Shown: positions 25,166 to 45,640, numbered from the stretch's first letter. The stretch is 64,000 nucleotides of DNA from Piromyces finnis finn (GCA_002104945.1 MCFH01000008.1:558001-622000); one strand, 5' to 3'. The notes: generated by a model from the letters alone, not told the origin. Numbers and translations are program-made.

Positions 25166-28100
25166 TGATTGAATTGATTAAAAAATCAAAAAATTCTATG
25201 TTTTTTTTCTTTGAAATAAAAATATATATACCTTTTTATATATTATTTATATTTATAAATTATCTATTTCTCTTTATTTTGAAAATAAAAGCAAATCTAT
25301 CTTTAATAAGATATTATTATAAAAAAAAAGTATAATTTAATTATATAAATAATTTAAAATTTAGAAAATGAATATATTTTTAATAATGATATTCCTTGCT
25401 ACATTTACTTTCAAAAATACAATTTATTACTTACTTTTTAGAAAATATCAACTATATACATAATGAATTAATAAAATATTTTTTTTTATTTTTGCACTCT
25501 TATTCAATAAAAGGAGAAATATATGATTGCTTTAATGTATTTAATTTTATAACAATCTTTGTTTCTTCTTAGCAATATTAATTTGTTTTAAAAAAACTTT
25601 TTAATTACGATTCTTAAAATATTTTGGAATATAAATTATATTCAATAAGGCTTTTTGTCTTAATCTTATTTAATAACACCTTTTTTAGTTGTTTTTATAA
25701 CTCTTATTAAAATTACTAAATAATACTTGTATTTTAATATATTACTTTTAATTCAAAAAATATTGCTTGTTCTTGTTGCTTTTGATTCTAACTATACTAA
25801 AACAACTAAACGAAAATAGTGATTTCCTTTATTTCTTTTAAAATTTTTAATTTGTAGAAGGATTTAAATATAAAATAAAAAGAAAATTAGATAATATTAA
25901 ATACAGAATATACTGCTGATAGGAGTTGTTAGTTATCTTTTTCCAATATATATTGTTTTATTTTTAAAAAAAAATAATAATAATAATAATAAAATTCTAA
26001 AACAGTAAAATGACGATTGTTTTCTAATTAATCTTGGTTTTCTATTATCAATAGAAATTTCGTTAATTTTTTTTTTCTTTTTAAAAAGTATTTTTCACTT
26101 TTTTTTATGTAAAACTGGATACAATAAATATATTTTCTTTTATTTTGAAACAGTCCCTATGTGATTTAAGTAAAATATATATATATATATATAAAAAGAT
26201 TTATAAAATACATATATTTTTCACTTTCTTTCCTATAGATATATAAAAAATTAAATATTTAAGAAAAAAAAAAAAAATAAAATAAAAATAAAATAAAAAT
26301 ATCTATTTAATAAATAATATTATTTTATTATACAATTTTGATTTATTCAATATTTATTTAGGATCTTCAAACTTTCATATATGAAAATTTTTATGCCATA
26401 TAATATAATAATATAAAAAAAATTATTAAACTAATAATATTTATTATTTATTTATTTTTATTATTTGAATTTTTTTAAAAAAAAAATATTTAATAAAATT
26501 TTAATATTATTTTTTATTTCTATTGTATATATGTTTATTAATATATGTAATAATATATCATTCAATTGAAATTGAAATAAAATAATTTAAAATTATTTAT
26601 CTATAGAATTTTATTATATAAAATTTAAAATATTTTCATAAATAGAATAATATATACAAATAGAAATAATTTTTATATTGCTAATATATTGAAATATAGT
26701 TCCTTAATGTTTTCAAATATATTAAATTTTATATTATAATATATTTAAAGTTATATTATGTAATATTGTTAATATATGATAAAAAATTTATAGGAAAACG
26801 AGAATATATAAAAAAACAAAAAAAAAAAAAGGAATAAGGAAGTTAAAATAATAATAAAAAATTTGAACAAAAGAAAAAAATAAAGTAAAAAAAAAAAAAG
26901 AAAAAACCAAAGAAAAAGGCTTAAAAAAAAAATTATTTTTTAAAAGAAGATAAGAAAAAAAAAACATTCAATAAAATAATTATTATTATATTTTTATATT
27001 TTGTAGTTGACCTTCATAAGAAATATAATTTATTCTTTTGATTTATCAAATTAACATTTAAAAAAAAAAGATATTATTATTATTAATAATACATATCCAT
27101 CATATTCATTGGATTATTATAAAGTAATTATTGTAGAATATAATATCAAAATTGAAGCTATATAAAATTTTAATCGACGAACTAATGAATTATCAAAAAA
27201 AAAAAAAGTGTTGTATAAAACATATTTATTATAATAATCAACGTATATGATAAAAAATATAGTAATTAATACAATTGAAAAGAAAAAAAAAAAAAAATCT
27301 TTATTTGAACAACATCCTGATTTTCATGCCAATATAATACTTTTTTATATCTTATAAATTTTATTGTTAATAATAATAATAGATTTTTAGTATAAGTCTA
27401 TTTTGTTTATCATTACTCCTCTTTTTTGCCAATTATTTTTTATTTTGTTCATCGTTTTTTTAAATGTTTATTTATTTTTTTTTTCTTTATATTTTTACAA
27501 AATTATAGTTTTGTCATTCCAGAATAATATTCATTATATCAAGATTTTCACTACCAAAATTTGAAGCAATTTATTAATCGCTAGTTCTTTTTTTTTTTTT
27601 ACTATCATAAAGTGTAATAAACATAAATAAAATGAAATGAAAAATAATATAGTATTCAATAATATATTAAATTTTATTACCATATATAAAACTAAGAATA
27701 ATGAATTAATTAATATAAATCTGATGATAAAACTAATTGATAAATATAGTATAATTAAATTTAAATTTTACTATGTATTAGTATTAAAATACATAAAATA
27801 AAAAAAAAATAAATAAGACCTTTTAACAATAATTATGTTATATTATAACAAAGCCAAAAATAAAATAATACTATTAGAATAATAATAATAATAATAATGG
27901 AATTTAAATTGTCTTTAGCATCTTTTTTATTTTTTATACAGGATTTCTGTTAAATAAATAATATAAAATTATTTCTATGCACTAGATAAAGTCTATTTTT
28001 TTTTTTTAATTTTTTGTTATTATTTATACCAATACTATAAAAAATCTTCTATTATTCTTTCATTAATATTAATTATATTACGATATATTAATTTATAAAT

Positions 28101-28864
28101 TAATTTATTCAATATACTAATTTAATATATTGTGCCAATGAAATTATTTAAAATATGGACAATATTTTTCTAAAAATTTGCTCTAGTGGATTAAAAAAAA
28201 AAAGGAGTATTTTAATGATATATTATAAAAAGATAACTAATAAAACATCGATTAAGGACGATATAAGATGATTATTATTTATGATAAAAGTTTAAGTTTT
28301 TCTTATTAATATAAAATAAATAAAGTAATGGGTATATGAAGTATAATTATTTAAAAAAAAGTTTTCTTTATGAAAAATAATTGTTATTTTAAAAAAAAAA
28401 ATCTTTTTTAAATTAATAAATATTGCAATACATAACCACCACCAAAGAATCATAGAATAAAATAATTAATGAATAAAAATAATTTAAAAATTCCTTAAAA
28501 AATAACAATTAGTAGAATTTAGTAAAAAATAGAAAAAAATAAATTTATAAAGACTTTTCATTTTCGTTTTTTCTATTTTATTATCATAAGCATTTATTAT
28601 ACATTATATAATTATAATACTAGAGAATTTAAAAATGTATTAAATCACATAATTTACCAAATTTTAAAACTTATATAATTACAAATTCGATGTATAGGAT
28701 TTATTATTAAAATATAAAATAAAAAAAAATAATCACTTAAAGGTTAGGACTAATAGGATTCATTAGATATGATCACATGACTTGAGCTTTAATAAAAATG
28801 TGGTTCATCTTCAGGTGTATAAGCTTACTTAGTTCTATTTAATTAGTAAAAGAAAAAAAAAAGT

Positions 28865-30314
28865 ATGTATAATATTAAAAATTTTGTCTTATTCGGTGAT
28901 TCTATTACTGAAGTAAGTTATTTTTTAAAGTTATTTATTAATTTTGATTAAAGCCTGTATTTTAAATATTTAATTGCTTAAAAAACTTTTATGAATAAAA
29001 TATCAAATTTAATTATGAAATGATAAATTGAAAATTTAAATAGCTTTTATAATTTTATTATATATTAATGTGACATATTTGTATATATAATTAAATAATG
29101 TTTACCAGCTTGGCTTCAAATATGAAGAAAAAGGATGGGCAATTTTACTTGCTGACAAATATATTAGAAAAGTTGATATAATTAATAGAGGTTTTTCAGG
29201 TAAATAGTGTAAAAATAATAATGTAGATATAAATTTGAATGATATTTAAAGAAAAAAAAAATGGATAAAGTAAAATGAATTATAAAAATTAAAATTTAAT
29301 AATGTATTAATAATGATTCAATTATTGATAATAATAAATCTATATTCTAACATTGTATTTATTATATATATATTATATATATATATTATGATATTAATCA
29401 ATATGAATAATAATATAATGTTACTATGATCATTTTAGAAATCATTAATATCAATATTTTAATAATTTTTTCAATTTAATACAATAATTTGTTTTTTGTT
29501 TTTTTATCGTTATTATTATTAGTAGTAGTAGTAGTATACAAATTTCTTTTTGTATTGTTGTTGTTTTTATAATTAGTACTAATATCCATGTATTAAATGA
29601 AGTTTTTATTATTATATAAACAAGCTCTAATATTAATATAAATATATTTTATATATGAATTTATTTATAAAAAAAAATAAAAATAAAATAGGTTATAACA
29701 CTGAACATGCTATTGAACTTTTCCCAAGAATTTTTAGTAAAGAAAATTGTAAAAATACCCTTCTTATGACAATCTTCTTTGGTGCTAATGATGCAGGTGT
29801 TAATGGTGAACAAATGTTATCCAGTGAAAAATATATTGAAAATATTCGCAAACTTATTAATCTTTCTTTGGAAACTTTTCCTGATAATTGTCCTATCATT
29901 GTTATCACTCCACCACCATGTTTTGCTAAAAAGTTTAACGATTATCGTGGTATATATAAGCACGAAAATAAAAGAACTGAAGAATTCCGTAATTTTTGTC
30001 TTTCCACTATTCAAGAATTTTCTGGTAATTCTCGTATCTTTAGTATTGATATCTGGGAAGAAATTTTAGGTAAAACATGGAATACTGAATCTGAAGAATA
30101 CGATAAAATTCTTGATGGTTATCTCAGTGATGGTTTACATCTTAATGGTAAGGCTAATGAAATTCTTTATAATAAGTTAATTGAATTAATTAAAGCCAAT
30201 TTCCCACATCTTATATCTGAAGAAATGCCAATGAACGGTCCATACTGGAGAGATATTGATCCAAAAAAAATAAAAGAAGCTTTTGATAAAAATCAAAAGG
30301 AACACCACTTATAA
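28865..30314 (+). CDS. IAH1: GDSL/SGNH esterase, IAH1-like, 3 exons
   Basis: Exon 1 MYNIKNFVLFGDSITE (28865-28912), exon 2 ...KVDIINRGFSG, exon 3 YNTE...IFFGANDA...YLSDGLHLNGKAN...WRDID. All SGNH blocks are present. Confidence 0.85.
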
Positions 30315-30975
30315 ACATGCAAAAGCTGTAAATAAATAAAATATAGGACGTTTTATATTGAGTCATTGGATTTCCTTCATATCATAATATTTTATTCAAA
30401 TAATTCAAAAGTGCATATACTTGAATCTCCATATAATATTTATATATATATATATATTATTGATGTTTGCTTTTTTTGAGTTAGGACAAGAAGTAAATTA
30501 GAAATAATAAAATAAATAAAAATATTAATTACTTTTTTTATACTTAAATCTGATGTTCATTTGTTATGTTAGTAGTATTTTAGATTTTGGTTATTTAAAA
30601 AAAAAAAAAAAAAAAAAAGAAACATATTTTTGATCTGACAATAGAATTTTAATTTTATTCAATTCATGAAACTATAGATTGTACATATTTTTCTTTTTAT
30701 TAATAAATATAAAATAAAAAATAAAATTTTATCATTATTGTTAATACATAAAATTATAAAATTATAAATGTTAAAAATAAAGCTAGAAATTAGAAGTTTT
30801 ATTTTATTTTTTGCCTTATAATTTATAATGGTTTGATACTTAGTAAGAAGAAATAATAAATAAAAAAAAGAAAAGAAAATGATAAGAAATACGTAATTAT
30901 ATATAAAAGAATTATCAGATAATAAAATATAAAAATTGAAAAACCGAAATTAACCTTTATAAAAAAAAAAATCGA

Positions 30976-32440
30976 TTATTGATAATTTATTCTGTCTTTT
31001 TCAAGATAATAGATTTAATTGAGAATCCATACTTCCAATAGCATTTTTTATTAAATATCTGAATTTTAACCTTTGTATATAATGATGGGTTATTAACTTT
31101 AATTTTAAAACATGTTAATGGCTGATATCCAATACCCTTTAAATTTTCATAACAAATTCGACTCATTGAGAATTTATATGGTTCCTTTATAACATTAAAA
31201 ATAATAAGTCAAACATATATATATCAATATTAATGTTTATTTAATAATATCTTTATAGTTAAAATAATATATTAAACCCTTTATAATAATTACCTCAGAA
31301 CCTTCATATTTTGCAGAAATCTCAAGACCGACCAAACCTCCTGATACATTTTCTATTTTAATGACACATTTTACAATGTAGGTACCATTAGTTACATATT
31401 TAAATTCACCATTAATCTATTATTATTATAATAGTTTGAAATATTATTATATATATTTATATTAATAATAGTTTATGCTGTGGATACTTTATCAAGATTA
31501 CAATATACATACATCAAACCAACAAGTATCAGTTAGTATTGCACAACCTTCTTCATTTAAACGCCAATTCTTACCCATTTCAGCAATAGCCATATTTTTA
31601 GCTATTAAAGTATTAGTATCTATATATTAATTATTAAAATTATAGGTTATTTTATTTACATTTTTATAATAATAATATATTTAATTATATATAATTATAC
31701 TATTCGTACCAAAATATCTATAAGTGTCATATAAATTGTTTGATATTGAAATTGCCTTGAATGCCTAGAATAATAATTTTAATTTTAATTGATTAAAATT
31801 TATATATTACTAAAATTTATTTTTTATTTTTTATTTTTTATTACTTCTGGATAGTCAATTTTTAAATAATTATACCAAATGGAAGAACAAAAAAAAGTGG
31901 AATATAATTTTTTACATGTCTATATCATTATTATATAATAATATTTAAATTTATAATATATTAAAAAAGCTGCTTTTGTTTTTGTTTTTTTGTTTTTATA
32001 AATATCTTTAATAATGGTGAATTTCTTACCCTTGAAAAATTATAAAAATCATTAACATTTAAATATCTAGCAATTCCAATAATAACATCTGATGGAAGAT
32101 TTGACATATCTAATCAATAATAAAAGATATTTTTATTTTATTATTTAGAAAATAAATTTATAAGTTTATTATATATATAAGCAGTAAGATAATGTTATAA
32201 CTTCTTACATTCATTATTTTCGTCTATTTCATTGTTTGATTTTGATATAATTTTATTTTTTATATCATAACCCTTCTGAATACTATTTTTATTAGTATTA
32301 TTAATAATTTTATCTGATGATGCATATCCGAATAAAGTATCTTTAATTTGATTACAACTATTAGCAACAAAATAATTTTTTAATAACATTTCAATAACCT
32401 CTTCATTTATAAGAGTTTGAGTTGATACATTGATCTTCAT
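30976..32440 (-). CDS. F-box protein with a C-terminal PP2 (phloem protein 2)-like domain, multi-exon
   Basis: F-box LPSDVIIGIARYLNVNDFYNFSR.CKKLY; PP2-like LTDTCWFDVNGELKYVTNGTY...KIQIFNKKCYWKYGF. The in-frame stop is at 31004-31002; a one-base shift would give a better PP2-like ending (IKSIILKK) stopping at 30976. Confidence 0.6.
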
Positions 32441-35400
32441 TTTCGATATATATATATATATATTTTTTTAACTTATTATTTCAAATTTTATGATTGTTTC
32501 AAAAAAAAAAAATCTATTATACAAATTATTTTATACTGCTTTAAAAGTATAAATTTATCTTTCTATATCACTTTTTAGATATAAATCTTTTTTAACTATT
32601 TAAATATGAATAATGATATTGTTGTTGCTTTAATAATAGTATTTAATTGTTATTAATAGATTTAATTACTAGCAACAACTTCACTAATATATATTTTAGC
32701 TTAAAATTTCTTCATTCCTTTATATATACAATTACTTTATTTTATTTATAATTATTATCTCAATAAATGATATCATTATACAATTATATAGATTATAAAT
32801 TACAGAAATTGTAATAAAATAAGATTATTTATAAAATTAAAAAAAAAAATAATAAAAAAGTAAAAGTGAAATAAATTGATATTTATATTTTTTTTCGTAA
32901 GCTCCTTTTCAACTCTATGTTAATTAAAATGAATAAGCAAACATCATTCAAAAATTTAATAAAAATCAAGTGAACATTCAACATGCAATTAATAAATTAA
33001 TACTAAAAAAAATTAATTAAAATGTAAATAAAATTATAAACTATAAAAATAAAAGTTTTATTTGTACTACTTTTTTGATATAAAAAAAAAAAAAAAAGTT
33101 ATGGCAGTAAGAAATAACTCTTAATTTATTAATAAATAAAATTTTTAAATAAGAAATACTCATTTTTTTTTATATATTAAAATGAAGTCTAAAATTTACA
33201 AATGATATATACATATATATACTTGCAATTAAGTAATTAATAACCAAATTATTTATAATTATATTCTTTTTTTTTATTATTATTTCACCTGTTCTTCGTT
33301 TAAATTTAAAAAATACTATATATTATCATATATTTCAAAGTATATTAACATTTTTGAAATTTATGCAATAGAATGAATTTTTAAAAAATAAAATATCAAA
33401 ATTAAATACAATAAAAGGAACACTTAAAATATCATACATTATTTCATTATAAAATATCATTTTAAAGTGTTATATTTTATCCATTTTTTTTTAGCTTTTT
33501 AATTTATATAAATTTAATATTTATTATTAAAAAAAAAGTATAACTATTACTTTTATTTTTAATATTTTATTTTGTTTTTCTTTAAAAAAATAAATAATAA
33601 TTAATTAATTAAAATGATTTTTAACTTTGATCACATTTTTCTTTTTCAACTTATATTTTAGATAAAATTATTTAATAACTACTTTTAATATTGTTTAATT
33701 ATTATTTTTATAAACTAATAATGTTATGATAAAATTATCCTTAAAAGAAAAAGAATAAATTTAAACAAAATATATTAAATACTCTTTATGAATCTTTATA
33801 TAATCATGAATATTCTTTCTTAAAAAAAAAAAAAGTAAAATATATATTATAAATTAAAGTTTTGTAATCCTATTAATTAAATAAATATTCAATTTTAATT
33901 AATTTATTTTGAATAATTTCATTCAAAATATAACATGATTTTTAAAACAAATATTTACCTAAATATGAATACTATATGAATGAAACTATAATAAAAAAAA
34001 TAAAATGGCTTTCATATATATATATATAAAAAAAAAAGTTACCCCATTTTTATAAAGTAATGATAATATAAAAATTAAAAATAATCATAGTAATTTATTT
34101 TATTTTATTTTTATTCACTAACATAAAAAGAATATGTAATAAATTGACTTTCATATACATGACATTGCTTTGTAATGTGAAATTAAGGATAGTTTATATT
34201 TAATTTTAATGGTTTTCAAATTTAAATCTCACTTTATAAGATTTTAATCAATAAACATTTCTTTTATTGTTTAATTTTATCTCTAAATAATAATTTATAA
34301 TAAATAAACTATTATATATTTTTTTTTAAATTATATATTTTATAAATAATAATAATAATAATAATTTTTATTATAAATTAAAAAAATATAATTATTATTC
34401 TTAAATAATGTTGATAATCTATTATTATGCATCTTTTCATCATTTTTTTATCTTTTATTATATATATTAAAATTAAAACAATAAATACTTTTACCTTTTT
34501 TAGATTAATTAAAAAGGTCAATTACTAATTGGCAAAAACATATTTTTTTTTAAAAAAAAAGGTAAAAATTATGCTATATAAAATAAAAAAATTTTACAGT
34601 ATTATTATGTATTTAAATGCTTAATTTCTTCTATTTTATTATTTGCCATATAAAGAATGCAAGGTTTTGTAAATATAATTTATTATATGTATTTTATCTA
34701 AATAACGACTATATAGTTTATAGTTTTGCTTTAATATTAAAAAATTACTAAATTCTTTTTAGATAAAAGAGTTATAATAAGTAAAATAATAATGTAATAA
34801 CGTATTATTTTATTTATAAATATAAATGTTAATAAATATATATTTATTGATGTCAAATTTTCATTTTAACTCTCATAATAAAAAGATTTTTATTTAAAAA
34901 TATTTAATTATTTTTAAATGGTTAGGGTTAGCAAATGATTAGATTATGTAGAAATTTTTTTAAAAAAGAAATTTTATATTTTATTTTTTTTATGTTAATG
35001 GCTTAAATAAATTAATCATTAAAAATGTAAAATAAAATAAGTAATAAGCACCTATGAAACATAAAAAAAAAGTTTTATTAAATACTTTTATTAAATAAAT
35101 AATCACTTATTTTTTATTTTAAAAAATTTATAACTATTTTAATTATGTAATAAACAAATTTTCATATATATTGTATTTTAATAATATTAGAATCATCAAT
35201 TCTACGATAAATACAATTTAATTATTTCATCTATATAAATATAACTTAAATACAACCAATGAACTAAAATATTTAGCTAGCTTTAACTATGATTTTCTAT
35301 ATTTTGACTATATATGATTAAAAATATTAAAAATATAGTATATTTTGTATTTTAATTATATTAACAATAATAGTAAAAAACATAATGAAATAAATAAATA

Positions 35401-36440
35401 AACAACAACAACAACTACAACATTTATATATATATATTTATAACTTTTAATATTTGAATAAAGTTCATTATATTCATTAGCATTATTTTTTTTAATTACT
35501 TTTAAAGTAAAATTTTGTTAACAAATTAATATTATTTTGGAGAAAATAAATTTAATTTAAAATCAACCAATATATATACATAATTACTATTATTTAGTAC
35601 TATAAATGTTAATATATTGATTATTAAAAGATATAAATGAAGGAAGAAAGATTGATTACATAATGTATGTTTTTACAATTTTTTTATTATTTAATTTTTT
35701 TTTAAATGTTTTATAATTATAATTATAATTATTCATATTGAAGAATTGTTAATATATATAATAATATTATTAACTTGTTGTTATTAACATATTTTCTAAA
35801 ATATTAGCACTAAAATATATTAAGATACAATTTAAATACTTACATAAATAATACTATTATTTTTATTATAATTATTATTATTTTTTTTTAATATATTTAC
35901 TTATTATCCCTGAATTATAGTTTAATTAATAATATTTCACATTTTATTATATTATTTCAAATCTATTCAAGAATAATAGAACAAGATTCATATTTAAAAT
36001 TTTGTAAAGTAAATGAGAATCATACAAATCATACATACATAAATAAAATAAATATATTACTTAATTATCATAATTCAAATATCAACTATAAAAATATTAT
36101 TATTAATATATAAACATAACACCTAATTAAAATTTTTTCGTTTATATACTTAAATAATCTATTATAATAAAAATATTGATATGAATTTCTTTTATTTTAA
36201 TATGAATTATATTATTTCATTATGTTATTATATATTATTAAGGGTATTAATGAAAGTAATGCTAACGTTTACATATTAATGAATTTTCATTTTGCAATAC
36301 TATATAACATATGGTGTATAAGAATATATCTTGTAATAGAGAAATTGCAAATATAATTAAAAGAATTTTCAAACAAGAATTTTATATATGTATATATATT
36401 TTTTAATAAATTATAAATTATAATAGGTATTTATATCTTT

Positions 36441-37081
36441 TTAATTAAGCTTTGGTTTTGTTGAGTCTATTATTTCTTCTTTCGATTTTTCTTAGTCTAT
36501 CACCAGTTCTAGCACCCTCTTGAATAACTTGAGAACATAAGTATAATGCACGGAATTGTTCTAAACATTTTGATTCTGGATTTAATTTGTTATTACTGAC
36601 GCAATTATCATAAGCAACACTTTGTTGTTTACAGTGCTTATTAATAAGCTTTAATAATCTTGAACTATAAATGTTTTATTTATGATTAAATAAATATTTG
36701 TATTTAATTTGAAAAAAAAAAAAGTTTAAAATTTAGTGAAAATTATAATTTATTATACACATCATTTTCTATAAATAATTAAAATGATTATATAGAGGAT
36801 GTCATATATACTTTTCTTCTGAACATTTTTGAACAGCTTCTTTTTGTTTTTTGCAGTCACAATCGTAAGTAGATGGATGTTTATCAACACATCTTTATAT
36901 TTCAGCATTTATAATTAAAATAATAATAATTTTTAATTACATTTTGAAATTTAAATGATTTATATTTTAATACATATACATATATATTACTATATATCTT
37001 AACATATATTAATGCTTACTTAGCAAAAGCTTTTAATTGCTTTTTGCATTTTTCGGCAACTTCATTAATAACACTTTCCAT
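36441..37081 (-). CDS. Small protein with four CX9C motifs (Mix14/CHCHD5-like intermembrane-space protein), 3 exons
   Basis: Spliced product contains CKKQLKAFAKC, CKKQKEAVQKC, CKQQSVAYDNC and CLEQFRALYLC, each exactly CX9C. It is absent from the ORF track because the exons are short. Confidence 0.8.
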
Positions 37082-37590
37082 ATTTTAACAAATGGGAATT
37101 TTAAAATTCTAAATTATTAAATCATTTATAAAATAGTATTATTATTAATTATTATAATTATAATTATTTAAAAGTAAAATATGATTGGTTACAAAATTTT
37201 TAAATGCTTGAAAATTATTAAAAAAAAAATCAATATAGAATAATTGAAGAAGGTGTTTATATTAAACTTATCTAAGAGTAAAAAAGTGTATTTCAATTAC
37301 TTGAATTTTTGTTTTTGAAGAGTGATTTATTAAATTTAATTATATACATATTAAATAAAATAATTGAATATCGTAAAATTTCGAATTTCTATTAGTAGTT
37401 TGGCGTTAAACATATAATTTCAGAATTATTTTGCTACTGAAAAAACAGACGAGGAAAAACAATAATATATTAATTTAAAGCAGGGATATAATAGCCTTTA
37501 TTTTCTTATATTCTTTTTAATACACAAGTAGAAATATATATATATAAAGTAATTTTCAATTATATTTTTAAAAATTTTTAAATTGAAGGG

Positions 37591-38346
37591 ATGGCTAGTA
37601 CAAAACATTTAGCTTATATTGATTATTCTTTTGGAAACATTTCAATAAGAATAAAGCAAAACCAGTCTTCATTTTTAACCGGTACTACTATTTGGGATGC
37701 GAGTCATGTTTTAAGTGATTATTTAAATAATATTTTTAGAAAAAAGTCAAATTCTATCTCTAAACCTCCACTTCAAGGAAAATATTGTTTAGAACTTGGT
37801 AGTGGTTGCGGTCTTACTGGTATTTTAGTTACTTTATTAGGTGCTAATACAATTTTCACCGACAGACAAGATACTCTTTTTATTTTAGAAGATAATGTTG
37901 GTAGTAATATCCCAAATTTTTCAAAAACCCAAAAAGAATTTAAAAATATTGATACAACAAAAGAATTAGAAGGTGATAACACAACTTTTGCTGGACAAGC
38001 CCTTGTAAAAGAATTGGATTGGGAACAGCCAGTATCAAAAGATATTTATGATCCTGAAACACCAGACCATATTGAATATGATTATGTATTAGCAGCTGAT
38101 TGTGTTTTCAATATTGAAATGTTAGATCCATTTATTAATACTCTTGTACATGTTTGCGGTCCGCATACTCAAGCTTTTGTTGCCATGGAAAGAAGAGATG
38201 CTGATGTAATTAACTCATTTTTGACTAGAGTTGAAGAAAGAGGTTTTACTTGGAATCGTATACCCAAAAGTAAATTACTTAAGGTTGATGGTGTTGCAGG
38301 CGTTGTAGAAGTTTATAAGTTAAGAGTTAAAAAGACAAGAAAGTAA
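37591..38346 (+). CDS. METTL21-family (methyltransferase 16) protein-lysine methyltransferase, single exon
   Basis: TGTTIWDASHVL, CLELGSGCGLTGI, IFTDRQ, ELDW, VLAADCVF, AMERR. Confidence 0.9.
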   Translation: MASTKHLAYIDYSFGNISIRIKQNQSSFLTGTTIWDASHVLSDYLNNIFRKKSNSISKPPLQGKYCLELGSGCGLTGILVTLLGANTIFTDRQDTLFILEDNVGSNIPNFSKTQKEFKNIDTTKELEGDNTTFAGQALVKELDWEQPVSKDIYDPETPDHIEYDYVLAADCVFNIEMLDPFINTLVHVCGPHTQAFVAMERRDADVINSFLTRVEERGFTWNRIPKSKLLKVDGVAGVVEVYKLRVKKTRK

Positions 38347-39249
38347 AAAAAAAAAACAAAAAAAAAAATTGCAATATTACCAAATCAACATTAAATACAA
38401 ACACTTAACAAAAACAAAAGTGAAAAAAACAACAATAACAACAAAAAAAAAGATAATATTTGGTGCTAATCGAATAGAAAATAGATTCTATATTTTATAT
38501 ATTTAAATTTTTGTTTTGTATATTATTAATAGAAGATCAGATTTGTTTTATTAAGACATTTTATTTATATTTTATTTCGTTAGTTTTTTTTTATTATTAG
38601 TAATATTATTTTTTTTTAAAATTTAAATTGACTCAGATTGAAAACTTTAAATTTAGTCATTATATATTTTTTATAAAAAATATATTCAGACCTTGCATAA
38701 TTTTTTATCATCATAGTCAAATAGAAATTTTAAATTCAAGATATAAATAAATTTAACCACAAAAGGAATTATAAAAATACATTTTATCAAAATAATATTT
38801 TTTTTCAATTGCATTAATTAAAATTTCTTTTAATGAAATACTTTAAGTTTACTACTAGTAATATTTTCATATACTATCGCTACTTTACTTTTCAAAGCAC
38901 ATAAATTCTCAAGATACATACTAACATCAAACTAAATAAAATTAAATAAAAAAAAAAAAAAAAAAAACAATTATAAATTCTCAGGTTTTTTAAATTAAAG
39001 TTTAAAACATTAATTTCATTAAACAAATAAAATACTTATTATTTATTCCATGAAATTTTCATAATTGGCTAAAAAAATCATCATTTTTTTTTTTTTTTTT
39101 TTATTATTTCTACTTGTATTACTATTATTATTTTATTTTTTTCTATATAAAAACGTTTATAATTGAATTTTAAAACTTCAATTACTAATACATTTTTATA
39201 ATTTCTTATTTTAATTATGTATGCTATATGTTATTAATTAATTCAATAT

Positions 39250-39287
<38 letters not shown>

Positions 39288-39869
39288 GATTTTTTTTTTT
39301 TTTTTTTATTTCATTTATTTAGGAGTCCATACATTTCTTATAACTTATGTTAAATCTTTTCCAACGCAAAATTCAATAGTATATTAAAATATAAATAGTA
39401 AATTATAATAAATCAAGAAAAAATAATAAAGCTATTTACTAGAAATACTACAATTAATAAAATGATATTATATGTAAAATCCTTTTTATGCAGTTAATAT
39501 CATATTTATTAGTATCCAAATTTAAAAATTCTATAAAATAATTATAAAAAATTTAAAAAAAAAATTAAATATTATAAAATATTTATTTATCTTTTAAAAA
39601 ACTTAACCAATTATATTACGCTTAATATAATAGTAATAATTCAAAAATTTACTACAGTTTTTTTTTGTTAAGTAATAAATAATAATAGAAATATATTTTT
39701 ATTGCCTTAATGCTTAAAAATTTATTAATTGAATAAATTGTTATTTTTATTTTATAATAATATCATATAATGAAAGTTCATTATATAACTATATTTATTA
39801 AATTTTTAACATTTATTTTCAATTAAATATAAGAATTAATTTATTGTAACAAAATAGTATAGTAATAAA

Positions 39870-45372
<5,503 letters not shown>

Positions 45373-45602
45373 AATTGTCAATAAAGTATATTTATCTTTT
45401 TTAATAAAATTCTAATCAAAACTATTTATGAATAAAATATTTAGAATATCGGTATAAATTAATAAATATAAATTAGAAATTTATTTAAAAGTTTTTATTT
45501 TTTGCATAAATATATGTAAAAATAGATAAAGAAGTGAAAACAAAAAACAAAAAACAAAAAACGTCAGAAAAAGGATTTATTATTTTTTATATTAATTTAA
45601 TA

Positions 45603-45640
<38 letters not shown>

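Noticed and set aside
27980-28188. CACTAGA...TCTAGTG, resembling CACTA/MITE termini
   Set aside because: Only 7 bp are inverted, the flanks (ATG vs GAT) are not a target-site duplication, and no second copy is visible.
34919-34932. GGTTAGGGTTAG telomere-like sequence
   Set aside because: Only two units, which is compatible with chance.
39257-39308. A-tract / TCAGA / T-tract pseudo-hairpin
   Set aside because: Homopolymer tracts are ubiquitous in this DNA and this one carries no further information.
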